Source: Candidatus Dojkabacteria bacterium (GTDB lineage Bacteria; Patescibacteriota; Dojkabacteria; JAHIVN01). Taken from it: DNA of 64,000 nucleotides. Positions 8,893-17,257 of the stretch are shown in pieces. The stretch lies in NCBI GenBank assembly GCA_016932045.1, contig JAFGDO010000032.1, positions 127,612 through 191,611 on the forward strand, given 5' to 3'. The translations under genes and the position numbers were made by a program. A model generated the notes under the pieces. It did not search any database, was not told the DNA's origin, and saw only the letters and a list, made by a program, of their open reading frames with translations. Position 1 is the first letter of the stretch; each line of letters starts with the position of its first letter.

Positions 8893-9675
8893 ATGTATAC
8901 ATCTATTAATGGCTTAAAGCTTAACTTTGAAGTTATTGGGAAGGGGGAGCCTATACTTCTTCTACATGGATGGGGGGGGAGTATAGCTAGCTTATCGCCT
9001 CTCGCTAATCGCCTAGCAAGTTGCCTAAAAGTAATTCTACTTGACCTTCCTGGTTTTGGTAAGTCGGAATCTCCACAGAAAGATTTTTGTCTTGACGATT
9101 ATGCGGAAGTTTTAGAAGAATTCCTGAAGAAGCAGGGGATAAAAGAAGTGTACATCTTTGGTCATTCTTTTGGAGGCGCGGTGGCTATTAAGCTTGCTGT
9201 GAGAAGGAATATTCAACTTAAGAAACTGATTCTTTGCAATGCTTCTGGGATTAGAAAGCCAGCAGCAATCAGCCATCAGCTATCAGCTCTACCTAAGATT
9301 GGCAAAAGGTTATCCAAGATTCCTGTAGTAAAGGGTGTGTATTTCTTTTTTCGAAAATTCTTCTACTACTACATTCTTCATAACCGGGATTATATTGACT
9401 ACCAGGAAATAGCAGGGACATTCAGGAAAGTTATTGCTGAGGATCTAACACCAATATTAAAGGAAGTTAAGGTACCAACGTTGCTTCTTTGGGGAGAAGA
9501 GGATAAAGATACGCCAGTTAGTCACGCTAAGATAATGAAATTAAAAATTGAAGACAGTCCTGAGCTTGTCGAAGGAAAAGTGAGATTGAAGATTTTCAAG
9601 GGTATTGGTCATGGTTTGCCCAAATTTAGATCGGACTTATTAGTCGATGACATTGTTGAATTCTTGAAGAGCTAA
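8893..9675 (+). CDS. alpha/beta hydrolase
   Basis: LLLHGWGGS oxyanion region, nucleophile elbow GHSFGG, C-terminal GIGHGLP. Confidence 0.8.
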   Translation: MYTSINGLKLNFEVIGKGEPILLLHGWGGSIASLSPLANRLASCLKVILLDLPGFGKSESPQKDFCLDDYAEVLEEFLKKQGIKEVYIFGHSFGGAVAIKLAVRRNIQLKKLILCNASGIRKPAAISHQLSALPKIGKRLSKIPVVKGVYFFFRKFFYYYILHNRDYIDYQEIAGTFRKVIAEDLTPILKEVKVPTLLLWGEEDKDTPVSHAKIMKLKIEDSPELVEGKVRLKIFKGIGHGLPKFRSDLLVDDIVEFLKS

Positions 9676-9775
9676 AAGTTTTCCTCAAGTTTTATTCTTT
9701 TTTCAATTAAATCAAAGTGCGAAAAAAATTCTTTTTGTGCTAAGATAGTAGTAATTAGTTATAAACAAAAATTCC

Positions 9776-11500
9776 ATGTTTAGAATTTTATTTTTTCTCC
9801 TCTTTGTCTTTTTCTTCTTCTTTACACACATAATTAAAAGGGCTTTTGAACATACTTATCTTTGGCAGATAAAAGAATATCGTTGGGACAGGTTTAGGGT
9901 TTTTCTAAGGGAGTCAGGTCTATCATTAGGGACCGTTATTCCTTCGGTAATAGCAGCGGTATTATCTTTTTTTGGTATTCTTCTTTGCGAATTTTTGCGT
10001 GTAAAATGGCTGTATCTGGTAATAGTAGTTGGATTTGGTTATTACGTTCATCTGACTTTAGTTACTTTTACAAGTATTTTAGACGGCAAGTTGATTCGTC
10101 CGAAAATAAGCATTCGGAATATGCTGATTGTCGGAACTGTTGCTCTTCTTTCTCTTATACCCATGATTGTTCCTATTAAATATTTTCATCTGCATTTCAA
10201 CTTACCCGAGCGTGAGGGAAAAGAGATAGAATCAGCAGAAGTCATTGAGATATTTCCGAAAGAAACAGAAGAAGGAATTTTTATCATTCCCTTAGAAACA
10301 GCTACTGCTGTTTTATATTTTAAATGTTTATTTATATTTGATCTTGCCCTTCCGGTTTCTATCGGTGCGATGGTGGCATTTACTTCAATTTTTGTTCATT
10401 TTTCAAGAAAAAGGAAAATACGGCTGGCAAAGGAAAAAATTAAGAAAATAGAAAATTTGAAAATCATAGGAATAACTGGTAGTTATGGAAAGACTACAAC
10501 GAAAGAAATTCTGCACATGATCTTGGCTTCAAAATATAAAACCTATGCAACACCTGAAAACGTTAATTCTGATGTCGGAGTTGCAATAACAATACTTGAG
10601 AATGTTGGGGTGCTTGCAGATGTCTTTATCGTTGAGATGGGTGCTTACAAAATAGGTGAGATCAAAGCTATCTGCGACATTGTACAGCCTGACGTTGCTG
10701 TCATTACAGCTATAGCTGAGCAGCACCTAGCTTTGTTTGGAACTATTGAGAATACATTGAAAGCAAAGTATGAGATAGTGGAACACTCTAAACCCGAAGC
10801 AGTTATCGTTCTTAATGGAGACAGTGACTTGGTACTTAGAGTAGCTGGCAAATCAGATAAACGTGAAGTTTTATATTCGACAAGAAAAGAGCTTGATGTT
10901 TGGGCGAGTGATATCAAGTCAAGAAGTGATAGAGTTGAGTTTAATGTTCATTATAAGGGAAAGGTGCAACGTGTAGAGATAAGAATGCTGGGAGAGCATA
11001 ACATCTCAAATGTACTGGCGGCAGTTTCGGTTGCCTTACAGTTGGATATGGAGCTTTCTGAGGTGGCGAAAGCCTTAAAAAAGGGGTCGGAAACTAAACA
11101 AATAGGGCGTTTGTCAGTGAGGAAGAGTAAATACGGTTTTCGAGTAATAGATGATAGTTACAATTCAAATCCAGCCGGATTTGCAGCAAGTCTAGATTTA
11201 TTAGATAAGCAAAAAGCAAATAAGAAGGTTTTAGTAACTATAGGTATACTTGAACTTGGCGGTATAAGGAAAAGCATATACGAGGAATTGTCCAAGAAGA
11301 TCGTAAGTACTTGTGATGCCGTAGTTACAACTGACGAAAAACTGGTCCGAGCTGTAAAGGAGCAGAGAAAAAAGATTCAAATAATATTTGATAAGGGTAT
11401 AGATAAACAGCTAGCTTTTTTGCGAAACGAAGTTGGCAAGAGTGACGTTGTATTATTTGAGGGGCCAAATTTGAGGTTGATTGAGGAGATAGTCAAGTAG
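9776..11500 (+). CDS. Mur ligase family protein (MurF-like central and C-terminal domains) with about 220-aa N-terminal polytopic membrane domain
   Basis: Residues 1 to about 220 contain 4-5 hydrophobic helices. P-loop GITGSYGKTTTKE at about residue 226. C-terminal VIDDSYNSNPAGF motif typical of MurF. Single continuous ORF. Confidence 0.8.
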   Translation: MFRILFFLLFVFFFFFTHIIKRAFEHTYLWQIKEYRWDRFRVFLRESGLSLGTVIPSVIAAVLSFFGILLCEFLRVKWLYLVIVVGFGYYVHLTLVTFTSILDGKLIRPKISIRNMLIVGTVALLSLIPMIVPIKYFHLHFNLPEREGKEIESAEVIEIFPKETEEGIFIIPLETATAVLYFKCLFIFDLALPVSIGAMVAFTSIFVHFSRKRKIRLAKEKIKKIENLKIIGITGSYGKTTTKEILHMILASKYKTYATPENVNSDVGVAITILENVGVLADVFIVEMGAYKIGEIKAICDIVQPDVAVITAIAEQHLALFGTIENTLKAKYEIVEHSKPEAVIVLNGDSDLVLRVAGKSDKREVLYSTRKELDVWASDIKSRSDRVEFNVHYKGKVQRVEIRMLGEHNISNVLAAVSVALQLDMELSEVAKALKKGSETKQIGRLSVRKSKYGFRVIDDSYNSNPAGFAASLDLLDKQKANKKVLVTIGILELGGIRKSIYEELSKKIVSTCDAVVTTDEKLVRAVKEQRKKIQIIFDKGIDKQLAFLRNEVGKSDVVLFEGPNLRLIEEIVK

Positions 11501-11644
11501 CTAAACAGTTAGATAACAAAATGGTTGAATAGCTTTCTTGGTAATCGGATATTGATTATGGAATATCATTGATTGTAGATTGATAATTGTTGGTTGTTTG
11601 GAGTATAGCTCGTTTGTTAAATTAGTTATTATCCATTTGAACCT

Positions 11645-12889
11645 GTGATCTTCACCTCCCTTAGCCCAAATACGCAAAGAGATGATTTTTTATTAGCACT
11701 AAAGACGATTCTAAAGCCGGGTGAATACTTCGAAGGCGAGTATATAGGTAAAGTGAAAAAATGGTTTAAAGACTTTTTCGGGGTCTTTCATGTTTCAGTA
11801 TATGAGAGCGCTCGGAGTGGTCTGTACTTTGTATTGAAGGAGCTTGGGATAAAAGAGGGCGATGAAGTTTTGTTGCAGGCATTTACATGTGTTGCGGCGG
11901 TTAATCCTGTGAAGTGGACCGGTGCAAGGCCGGTGTTCGTTGACATAAATCCAAAAGATTTTAACATGGATATAGATGACTTGGAGAATAAGGTGAATGA
12001 AAAAACAAAAGCCATAATAGTTCAGCACACTTTCGGCTACCCTGCAAAAGTAAATGAAATAAAGGAAATTGTTGGTCGCAAGGGAATCTATATCATCGAG
12101 GATTGTGCTCACACAATCGGAACAGAATACATGGGAAAGAAATTAGGTCTATGGGGCGATGCCGGAGTTTTTAGTCTTGGGAGAGATAAAGCTGTTTCAG
12201 CAAGTTTTGGAGGAGTTGTTATCACAAATAGAAAGTTTGGCAAGAATTTAGAAGAGAAAGAGAAGTTCTTAAGTTTTCCACAAAAAAAGTGGGTAAAAAA
12301 ACAGATTTTGTATACGATAGTAGCATTTTTAACAAGGACTCTCTATGAAGTGTTATTTATCGGGAAGCTTGTACACTATATTGCAACACGGTGGAATTTG
12401 GTTGAAAAGGCAACTACTGAGGAAGAGAAAAAAGAAGGTGAAATGCCGGATAATGCGCGTTCCAAACTCCCAAATGCCTTTGCAAGACTGGCATTTAACC
12501 AGCTTAGAAAAATTGGAATTCTGAATAAGAAGAGAAGAGACCTTTCTCACTTATATGTAAAGAGACTCTCAAAGATAGGTCTTGAAGAAGTGAAACTGCC
12601 TGAGTGGAAAATCGGTGAACATTTCTATCCCTTGCGATTTCCTTTGCTTGTAAAAAGAAGAGATGAGCTGTTAAAATTTGCCCAAGAGAGGGGAATGCTG
12701 CTGGGCGACTGGTATGACGTACCAATTGCTCCAAAACAGGTTGATCAAGTGAAGACAGGATACAAACAAGGGAGTTGTGTTTACGCCGAGAAAGTTTGCG
12801 AAAGTATTTTAAATCTGCCACTTCATTCTGACTTAACAGAAGAGGATGCTCTAAAGGTGATTGCAGTTATAAGGGACTTTTATCTATAA
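11645..12889 (+). CDS. DegT/DnrJ/EryC1/StrS-family PLP-dependent aminotransferase
   Basis: SARSGLYFVLKELG…EVLLQAFTCVAAV…IIVQHTFGYPA…IIEDCAHTIG…GRDKAVSASFGG pattern of sugar aminotransferases. GTG start. Confidence 0.8.
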   Translation: MIFTSLSPNTQRDDFLLALKTILKPGEYFEGEYIGKVKKWFKDFFGVFHVSVYESARSGLYFVLKELGIKEGDEVLLQAFTCVAAVNPVKWTGARPVFVDINPKDFNMDIDDLENKVNEKTKAIIVQHTFGYPAKVNEIKEIVGRKGIYIIEDCAHTIGTEYMGKKLGLWGDAGVFSLGRDKAVSASFGGVVITNRKFGKNLEEKEKFLSFPQKKWVKKQILYTIVAFLTRTLYEVLFIGKLVHYIATRWNLVEKATTEEEKKEGEMPDNARSKLPNAFARLAFNQLRKIGILNKKRRDLSHLYVKRLSKIGLEEVKLPEWKIGEHFYPLRFPLLVKRRDELLKFAQERGMLLGDWYDVPIAPKQVDQVKTGYKQGSCVYAEKVCESILNLPLHSDLTEEDALKVIAVIRDFYL

Positions 12890-12964
12890 GAAGCGGTTCA
12901 TACAGTAGAGCATACAGTTGTGAGTACAACTGTATATACGATATATTTCTAATTAATAGAATTT

Positions 12965-14005
12965 ATGGAAATTAAACAAATAGAAGATAAAAGTTTATGG
13001 GAGAAATTTATCCTGAAGCAGAATTATTCGTCTCCTTTTCTCTCGTGGAACTGGGCGGAGTTTGAGAGGAGCTTAGGCAATAAGTTTGAGAATTACGGTT
13101 TGTTTGAGGGAAAAAATCTAATTGGGCTTATTCCTATAAAGTATGTTGATGCAAAAAGAGGGAAGTACTTACACCTTCGTCATGGGCCAATTTTTAATTT
13201 TAACAAGGAGGAAATTTGGGCAGAATTCTTCAAATTTATAATAAGAAAGGCGAGGGATGAAAAATTCTGGTTTGTTCGGTTAAGTCCTCTTATTCCTCAA
13301 GATCTCGAGCTTAAGTATGGTGAAGTTTTGTCGCGTCTTAAGGAAAGTCCTATGCATGACGTGGATGCTGAAATTACCTGGGTATTAAACCTTTCTCAAA
13401 GTGAAGAAGAAATTATGCAGAACATGAGGAAGAATACAAGGTATTATATCCGAAAAGCTATAAAAGATGGAGTTGAGATTCTGAAAACAAAAAATCCAAA
13501 GTATCTAGAGGAGTTCTGGAATATCTACTCCGACACAGTAAAGAGACAGAAGTGGACTGCTTATTCAAGAGATTACATAGAAAAAGAATTTAATGCATTT
13601 GTTTCAGATGATGAGATAGATCTATATCTTGCCAAATACAAGGGTGAGTTTATTGCAGCTTCATTAATTCTCTATTACCAAAACCAGGCTATTTATCATC
13701 ATAGTGGCACTATAGAGCAATACTTAAAGATCCCCGCAAGTTACCTGATTCAATGGGAGGCCATAAAAGAAGCAAAAAGGCGGAATTTAAGCTGGTACAA
13801 CTTTTGGGGCATCTCTCCTCTTGTTATGGAAGATGGGGAATACAAAGCTCAGGCAGGTCATCCTTGGACAGGACTTACTTTTTTTAAACTTGGTTTTGGA
13901 GGAGAGGTGAGGCAATTTGTTCATGCAAAAGATTTGCCCATAAATAAAAAGTACTTTGTAACAAGGTTCTTTGAGAAAATTGAGAAGTGGAGAAGAGGAT
14001 ATTAA
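12965..14005 (+). CDS. FemAB-family aminoacyl-tRNA-dependent peptidyltransferase-like protein
   Basis: N-terminal LWEKFILKQNYSSPFLSWNWAEF and later YLHLRHGPI and YIRKAIKDGVEI motifs of the FemAB/FemX family. Confidence 0.8.
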   Translation: MEIKQIEDKSLWEKFILKQNYSSPFLSWNWAEFERSLGNKFENYGLFEGKNLIGLIPIKYVDAKRGKYLHLRHGPIFNFNKEEIWAEFFKFIIRKARDEKFWFVRLSPLIPQDLELKYGEVLSRLKESPMHDVDAEITWVLNLSQSEEEIMQNMRKNTRYYIRKAIKDGVEILKTKNPKYLEEFWNIYSDTVKRQKWTAYSRDYIEKEFNAFVSDDEIDLYLAKYKGEFIAASLILYYQNQAIYHHSGTIEQYLKIPASYLIQWEAIKEAKRRNLSWYNFWGISPLVMEDGEYKAQAGHPWTGLTFFKLGFGGEVRQFVHAKDLPINKKYFVTRFFEKIEKWRRGY

Positions 14006-14173
14006 ATAATATCCAATTATCAATAATCAATCTTCAATTAATAAGGAGGAATTATGAATGAAGAATTGAGGAAGGTAGAAGGTAATAAGTAGAAGAAATG
14101 TTGTAGGTGGAAATTTGATTTGTTAAATTCTCACACTTAAAACATTTTCAAATTATTGATTAAATGGAGAAGA

Positions 14174-15559
14174 ATGAATAAATTAAAAGCTTTTGCATCT
14201 AAATTGTTTCTTAAGTATTTGCAAATTCTCACAAGAAGCTATGTAAAGAGGCAGAATATTGATGTGTTCGGATTAACCGGAACAGCAGGCAAGACGACTT
14301 TGACAATTGCATTATATGAAGTGCTTTCAAAGAAGTATAAGTCCGGCATGACATATACTCAAGGCAAAGGTCTGAATAGTGAAACCGGAATTCCTTTTGC
14401 AATGCTTGGAGTAAAAGTTGATGGATACTCTATAGCTGATTGGGTGCGATACTTTTTTGAATTTACCTGGAACTTCTTCTTCAAAAAGTGTCCTTATGAA
14501 AAGTATGTTATTGAGATGGGTGTAGATAAACCGGGTGACATGGACTTCATCCTTTCGATGACGAAGGTAGATCTAGGTATATTCTTAACAATAGGAAAGG
14601 TTCATGCTGCAAATTTTGAGAAGTTGCTGGAATCCAAATTCAAAGATAAAGAGCTGGCTGAACTGAAAGAAAAGGTTGACGACGTTTTGATGGAGTTAAT
14701 ATTTGAAGAAAAAGCGAAGCTTATCAGAAAATTGGATTCTGACGGGTGGGCAGTTTTAAATTATGACGAACCGATTATTCGTAATCTAGAAAAAGTTACA
14801 AAGGCAAAGACTATTACATTCGGGTTATCAAAAGATGCTGACATTTCAGGTGTTATTACAAAGAATACACCAAGTGTTTTCGAGGCAGAAGTTTCATATA
14901 AAGGAAAAAGTGAGAAAATTGAAATTACAAAATATTTTATAAACGAGAATGTACTTAGGACGCTGCTTGCTGCAATTGCAGTTGGTATAACTTATGAAAT
15001 TCCTTTGAAAAAATGTATCAGCGCAATAGAAGGAATGAATTTTCCTCCCGGAAGGATGACAAAGATAGAGGGAATAAAAGACACAGTTATTATTGATAGC
15101 TCATATAATGCATCAACGCAAGCTGTAATAGAAGCTCTGAATAATCTTGCGTTATTTAAAAAACGAGAAAAGATTGCAATACTTGGGGATATGAGAGAGC
15201 TTGGTAGAGCAGAAAAGAGAGAGCATGAGGAGGTAGCAAGACATGCAGCGAATAGAACAGATAAACTGATTGTGATTGGACCTGCAATGAAAAAATATTT
15301 TCTACCGGAAGTGATAAAGCAAGGATTCGATGTAAGCAGTATCTGGCACTTTGATAATACTTGGAAGGCACTGCGGTTTATACAAGAAAAAGTAATAAAA
15401 GGAGGAGAAGCGATCCTTATAAAGGGCTCACAAAATACTTTGTTTCTTGAAATTATTGTTGAGGGGCTGATGAAGGATAAGGCAAAAGTAGAAGATATTT
15501 TGTGTAGGAGAGGGAGTTTTTGGGAGAAGAAGAGGAGACAATTAAAAATTAAAAATTAA
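14174..15559 (+). CDS. Mur ligase family protein lacking the canonical N-terminal substrate domain (MurF/CapB-like)
   Basis: P-loop GLTGTAGKTTLT only about 35 residues from the start. C-terminal IIDSSYNASTQAV…ILGDMRELG typical of the MurF C-domain. ATG at 14174 with GGAGA upstream; the ORF track starts at TTG 14156. Confidence 0.8.
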   Translation: MNKLKAFASKLFLKYLQILTRSYVKRQNIDVFGLTGTAGKTTLTIALYEVLSKKYKSGMTYTQGKGLNSETGIPFAMLGVKVDGYSIADWVRYFFEFTWNFFFKKCPYEKYVIEMGVDKPGDMDFILSMTKVDLGIFLTIGKVHAANFEKLLESKFKDKELAELKEKVDDVLMELIFEEKAKLIRKLDSDGWAVLNYDEPIIRNLEKVTKAKTITFGLSKDADISGVITKNTPSVFEAEVSYKGKSEKIEITKYFINENVLRTLLAAIAVGITYEIPLKKCISAIEGMNFPPGRMTKIEGIKDTVIIDSSYNASTQAVIEALNNLALFKKREKIAILGDMRELGRAEKREHEEVARHAANRTDKLIVIGPAMKKYFLPEVIKQGFDVSSIWHFDNTWKALRFIQEKVIKGGEAILIKGSQNTLFLEIIVEGLMKDKAKVEDILCRRGSFWEKKRRQLKIKN

Positions 15560-15561
15560 TT

Positions 15562-16206
15562 ATGAAACTGTTTTTTTATTCTGGAGGAACAAGAAAGTTA
15601 AATCACAATCTAAACCTTGAACTTATAAAATTACTATCTCTAAGTTCAAGAATAACATACATACCTTCTTCATCGGATATTAAGAGAAAAAATTTCGATA
15701 AATTTAGAGAATGGTTTGGGTTTTATGGTTATAAGAATTTTCTGTATTTTGATCTTGATAAAGAATTTGACAAAAGAATGATTTCGGAAGTTGAAAAATC
15801 CGAGGCAGTCTATCTTTCTGGGGGTAATACATTTCATTTTATTCATTTAATAAGAAAAAGAAAATTTAGCAGGGTTCTTAGAGATTTTGTATCTTGTGGC
15901 AAAGTACTGATAGGCTTAAGTGCTGGAAGTATGATTATGACGCCAACAATTAGAGTTTCAGTTGATTATCATAATCATCTAGGTGATTTCGATGAGCTTA
16001 ATGTTGATGAAATTAAAAGTTATAAGGGGTTGAGTTTAGTAGACTTTGAGTTTTTACCGCATTTCAATCTTAAACCAAAAAGGAACTTTGCTGAAAATTA
16101 TTTAAAGAGAAGAGGACGAGACATATACACTTGTTGTGATGGGAGTGGAATTATCGTTGAAGGTAAGAAACTAAAACTTATTGGAGAGGTAGAAAAGATC
16201 TGTTAA
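15562..16206 (+). CDS. peptidase S51 family (dipeptidase E / cyanophycinase-like)
   Basis: YLSGGNTFHFIHLIRK…GLSAGSMIMTPTI: Ser nucleophile in GxSAG context, characteristic of S51. Confidence 0.75.
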   Translation: MKLFFYSGGTRKLNHNLNLELIKLLSLSSRITYIPSSSDIKRKNFDKFREWFGFYGYKNFLYFDLDKEFDKRMISEVEKSEAVYLSGGNTFHFIHLIRKRKFSRVLRDFVSCGKVLIGLSAGSMIMTPTIRVSVDYHNHLGDFDELNVDEIKSYKGLSLVDFEFLPHFNLKPKRNFAENYLKRRGRDIYTCCDGSGIIVEGKKLKLIGEVEKIC

Positions 16207-16210
16207 TGTT

Positions 16211-16285
16211 TGCACTGAGCGACCCTGAGCACTGAGTCTGTCGAAGTGCGGGAATTATGCGTTTAAAGTGCGGGAAATAATTCAT
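16211..16285 (+). repeat. family B copy 2 plus tandem AGTGCGGGAAWTAT direct repeats
   Basis: CACTGAGCGACCCTGAGCACTGAGTCTGTCGAAGTGCGGGAATTATGCG…AAAGTGCGGGAAATAATTC. Confidence 0.45.
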
Positions 16286-16376
16286 GTACTATTATCCAAC
16301 TATTCAAAGATACAAATATTCAATTAAGAATTAAAAAATTAATAATTAGGAATATAGCTTACAGCCCTAAGTTTAC

Positions 16377-16403
16377 GGCTATTAAACCATTCAGCCATAC
16401 GAC
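16377..16403 (+). repeat. short dispersed intergenic repeat, family A copy 1 (GGCYATNNNACCATYCAGCCRTNCGRC)
   Basis: GGCTATTAAACCATTCAGCCATACGAC. Confidence 0.5.
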
Positions 16404-16506
16404 AATACATTTTAAACCTTTCATCCACTATATGTTAAAATAAGTAAGTCTATTCAATTGTAAGTACTGACCTTTTACCATATACCTTGTACTTTATACC
16501 TTTTTC

Positions 16507-17205
16507 ATGAAAATCGATATCCTTACAATTTTTCCTGAGATGTTTGAGTCGCCATTTGACCAGTCCATTGTTAAACGGGCAAAAGATGCGGGAAAAGCTG
16601 AGATACATATTTATGATCTTCGTAAGTGGACAACCGACAAGCACAAAACTGTTGACGATAAGCCCTTTGGAGGTGGTGCTGGGATGATCATGATGATTGA
16701 GCCAATTTATAAGGCTCTTGAAGAATTGGATCCTAATCATAAAGCCCATAGGATATTATTTACCGCAAAAGGTGCGAGAATTATGCAGGAAAAAGTGCGG
16801 GAATTATATAAAAAGGAGCATTTAGTACTGATTTGCGGCCATTATGAGGGTGTTGATCACCGAGTGCATGAGTACTTAGTTGATGAATGTATTTCTATTG
16901 GAGACTTTGTTTTAACTGGCGGCGAGATACCAGCAATGGCACTAACCGATGCAGTTGTTAGATTATTACCAGGGGTATTGGGGAATGTAGAGTCTTTGTC
17001 TGAGGAGTCTTTTTCAGCTGGAAGCAAGGCTGAAAGCCAGCAGCTGACAGCTGACAGCTATTTAGAATATCCCCAGTACACGCGTCCAGCAGTTTTCAAA
17101 ACAAAAGACGAGAAAGAATTGAAAGTTCCCGAAGTATTGCTTAGCGGTGATCATGAAAAGATTGCCGAGTGGCATGAAGCAAATAAACAACCCGTAGGGG
17201 ACTAA
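16507..17205 (+). CDS. trmD: tRNA (guanine37-N1)-methyltransferase
   Basis: MKIDILTIFPEMF…DDKPFGGGAGM…LVLICGHYEGVDHRV. Carries a low-complexity C-terminal insertion (SAGSKAESQQLTADS). Confidence 0.9.
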   Translation: MKIDILTIFPEMFESPFDQSIVKRAKDAGKAEIHIYDLRKWTTDKHKTVDDKPFGGGAGMIMMIEPIYKALEELDPNHKAHRILFTAKGARIMQEKVRELYKKEHLVLICGHYEGVDHRVHEYLVDECISIGDFVLTGGEIPAMALTDAVVRLLPGVLGNVESLSEESFSAGSKAESQQLTADSYLEYPQYTRPAVFKTKDEKELKVPEVLLSGDHEKIAEWHEANKQPVGD

Positions 17206-17257
17206 TATATTAATCCCCTTATATGGCAGCATCCGTTTAAAATGAATTTATATTAAA

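Noticed and set aside
16450-16749. 99-aa minus-strand ORF
   Set aside because: Antisense to the well-supported trmD gene and its promoter region, with no motif support. A frame-shadow ORF.
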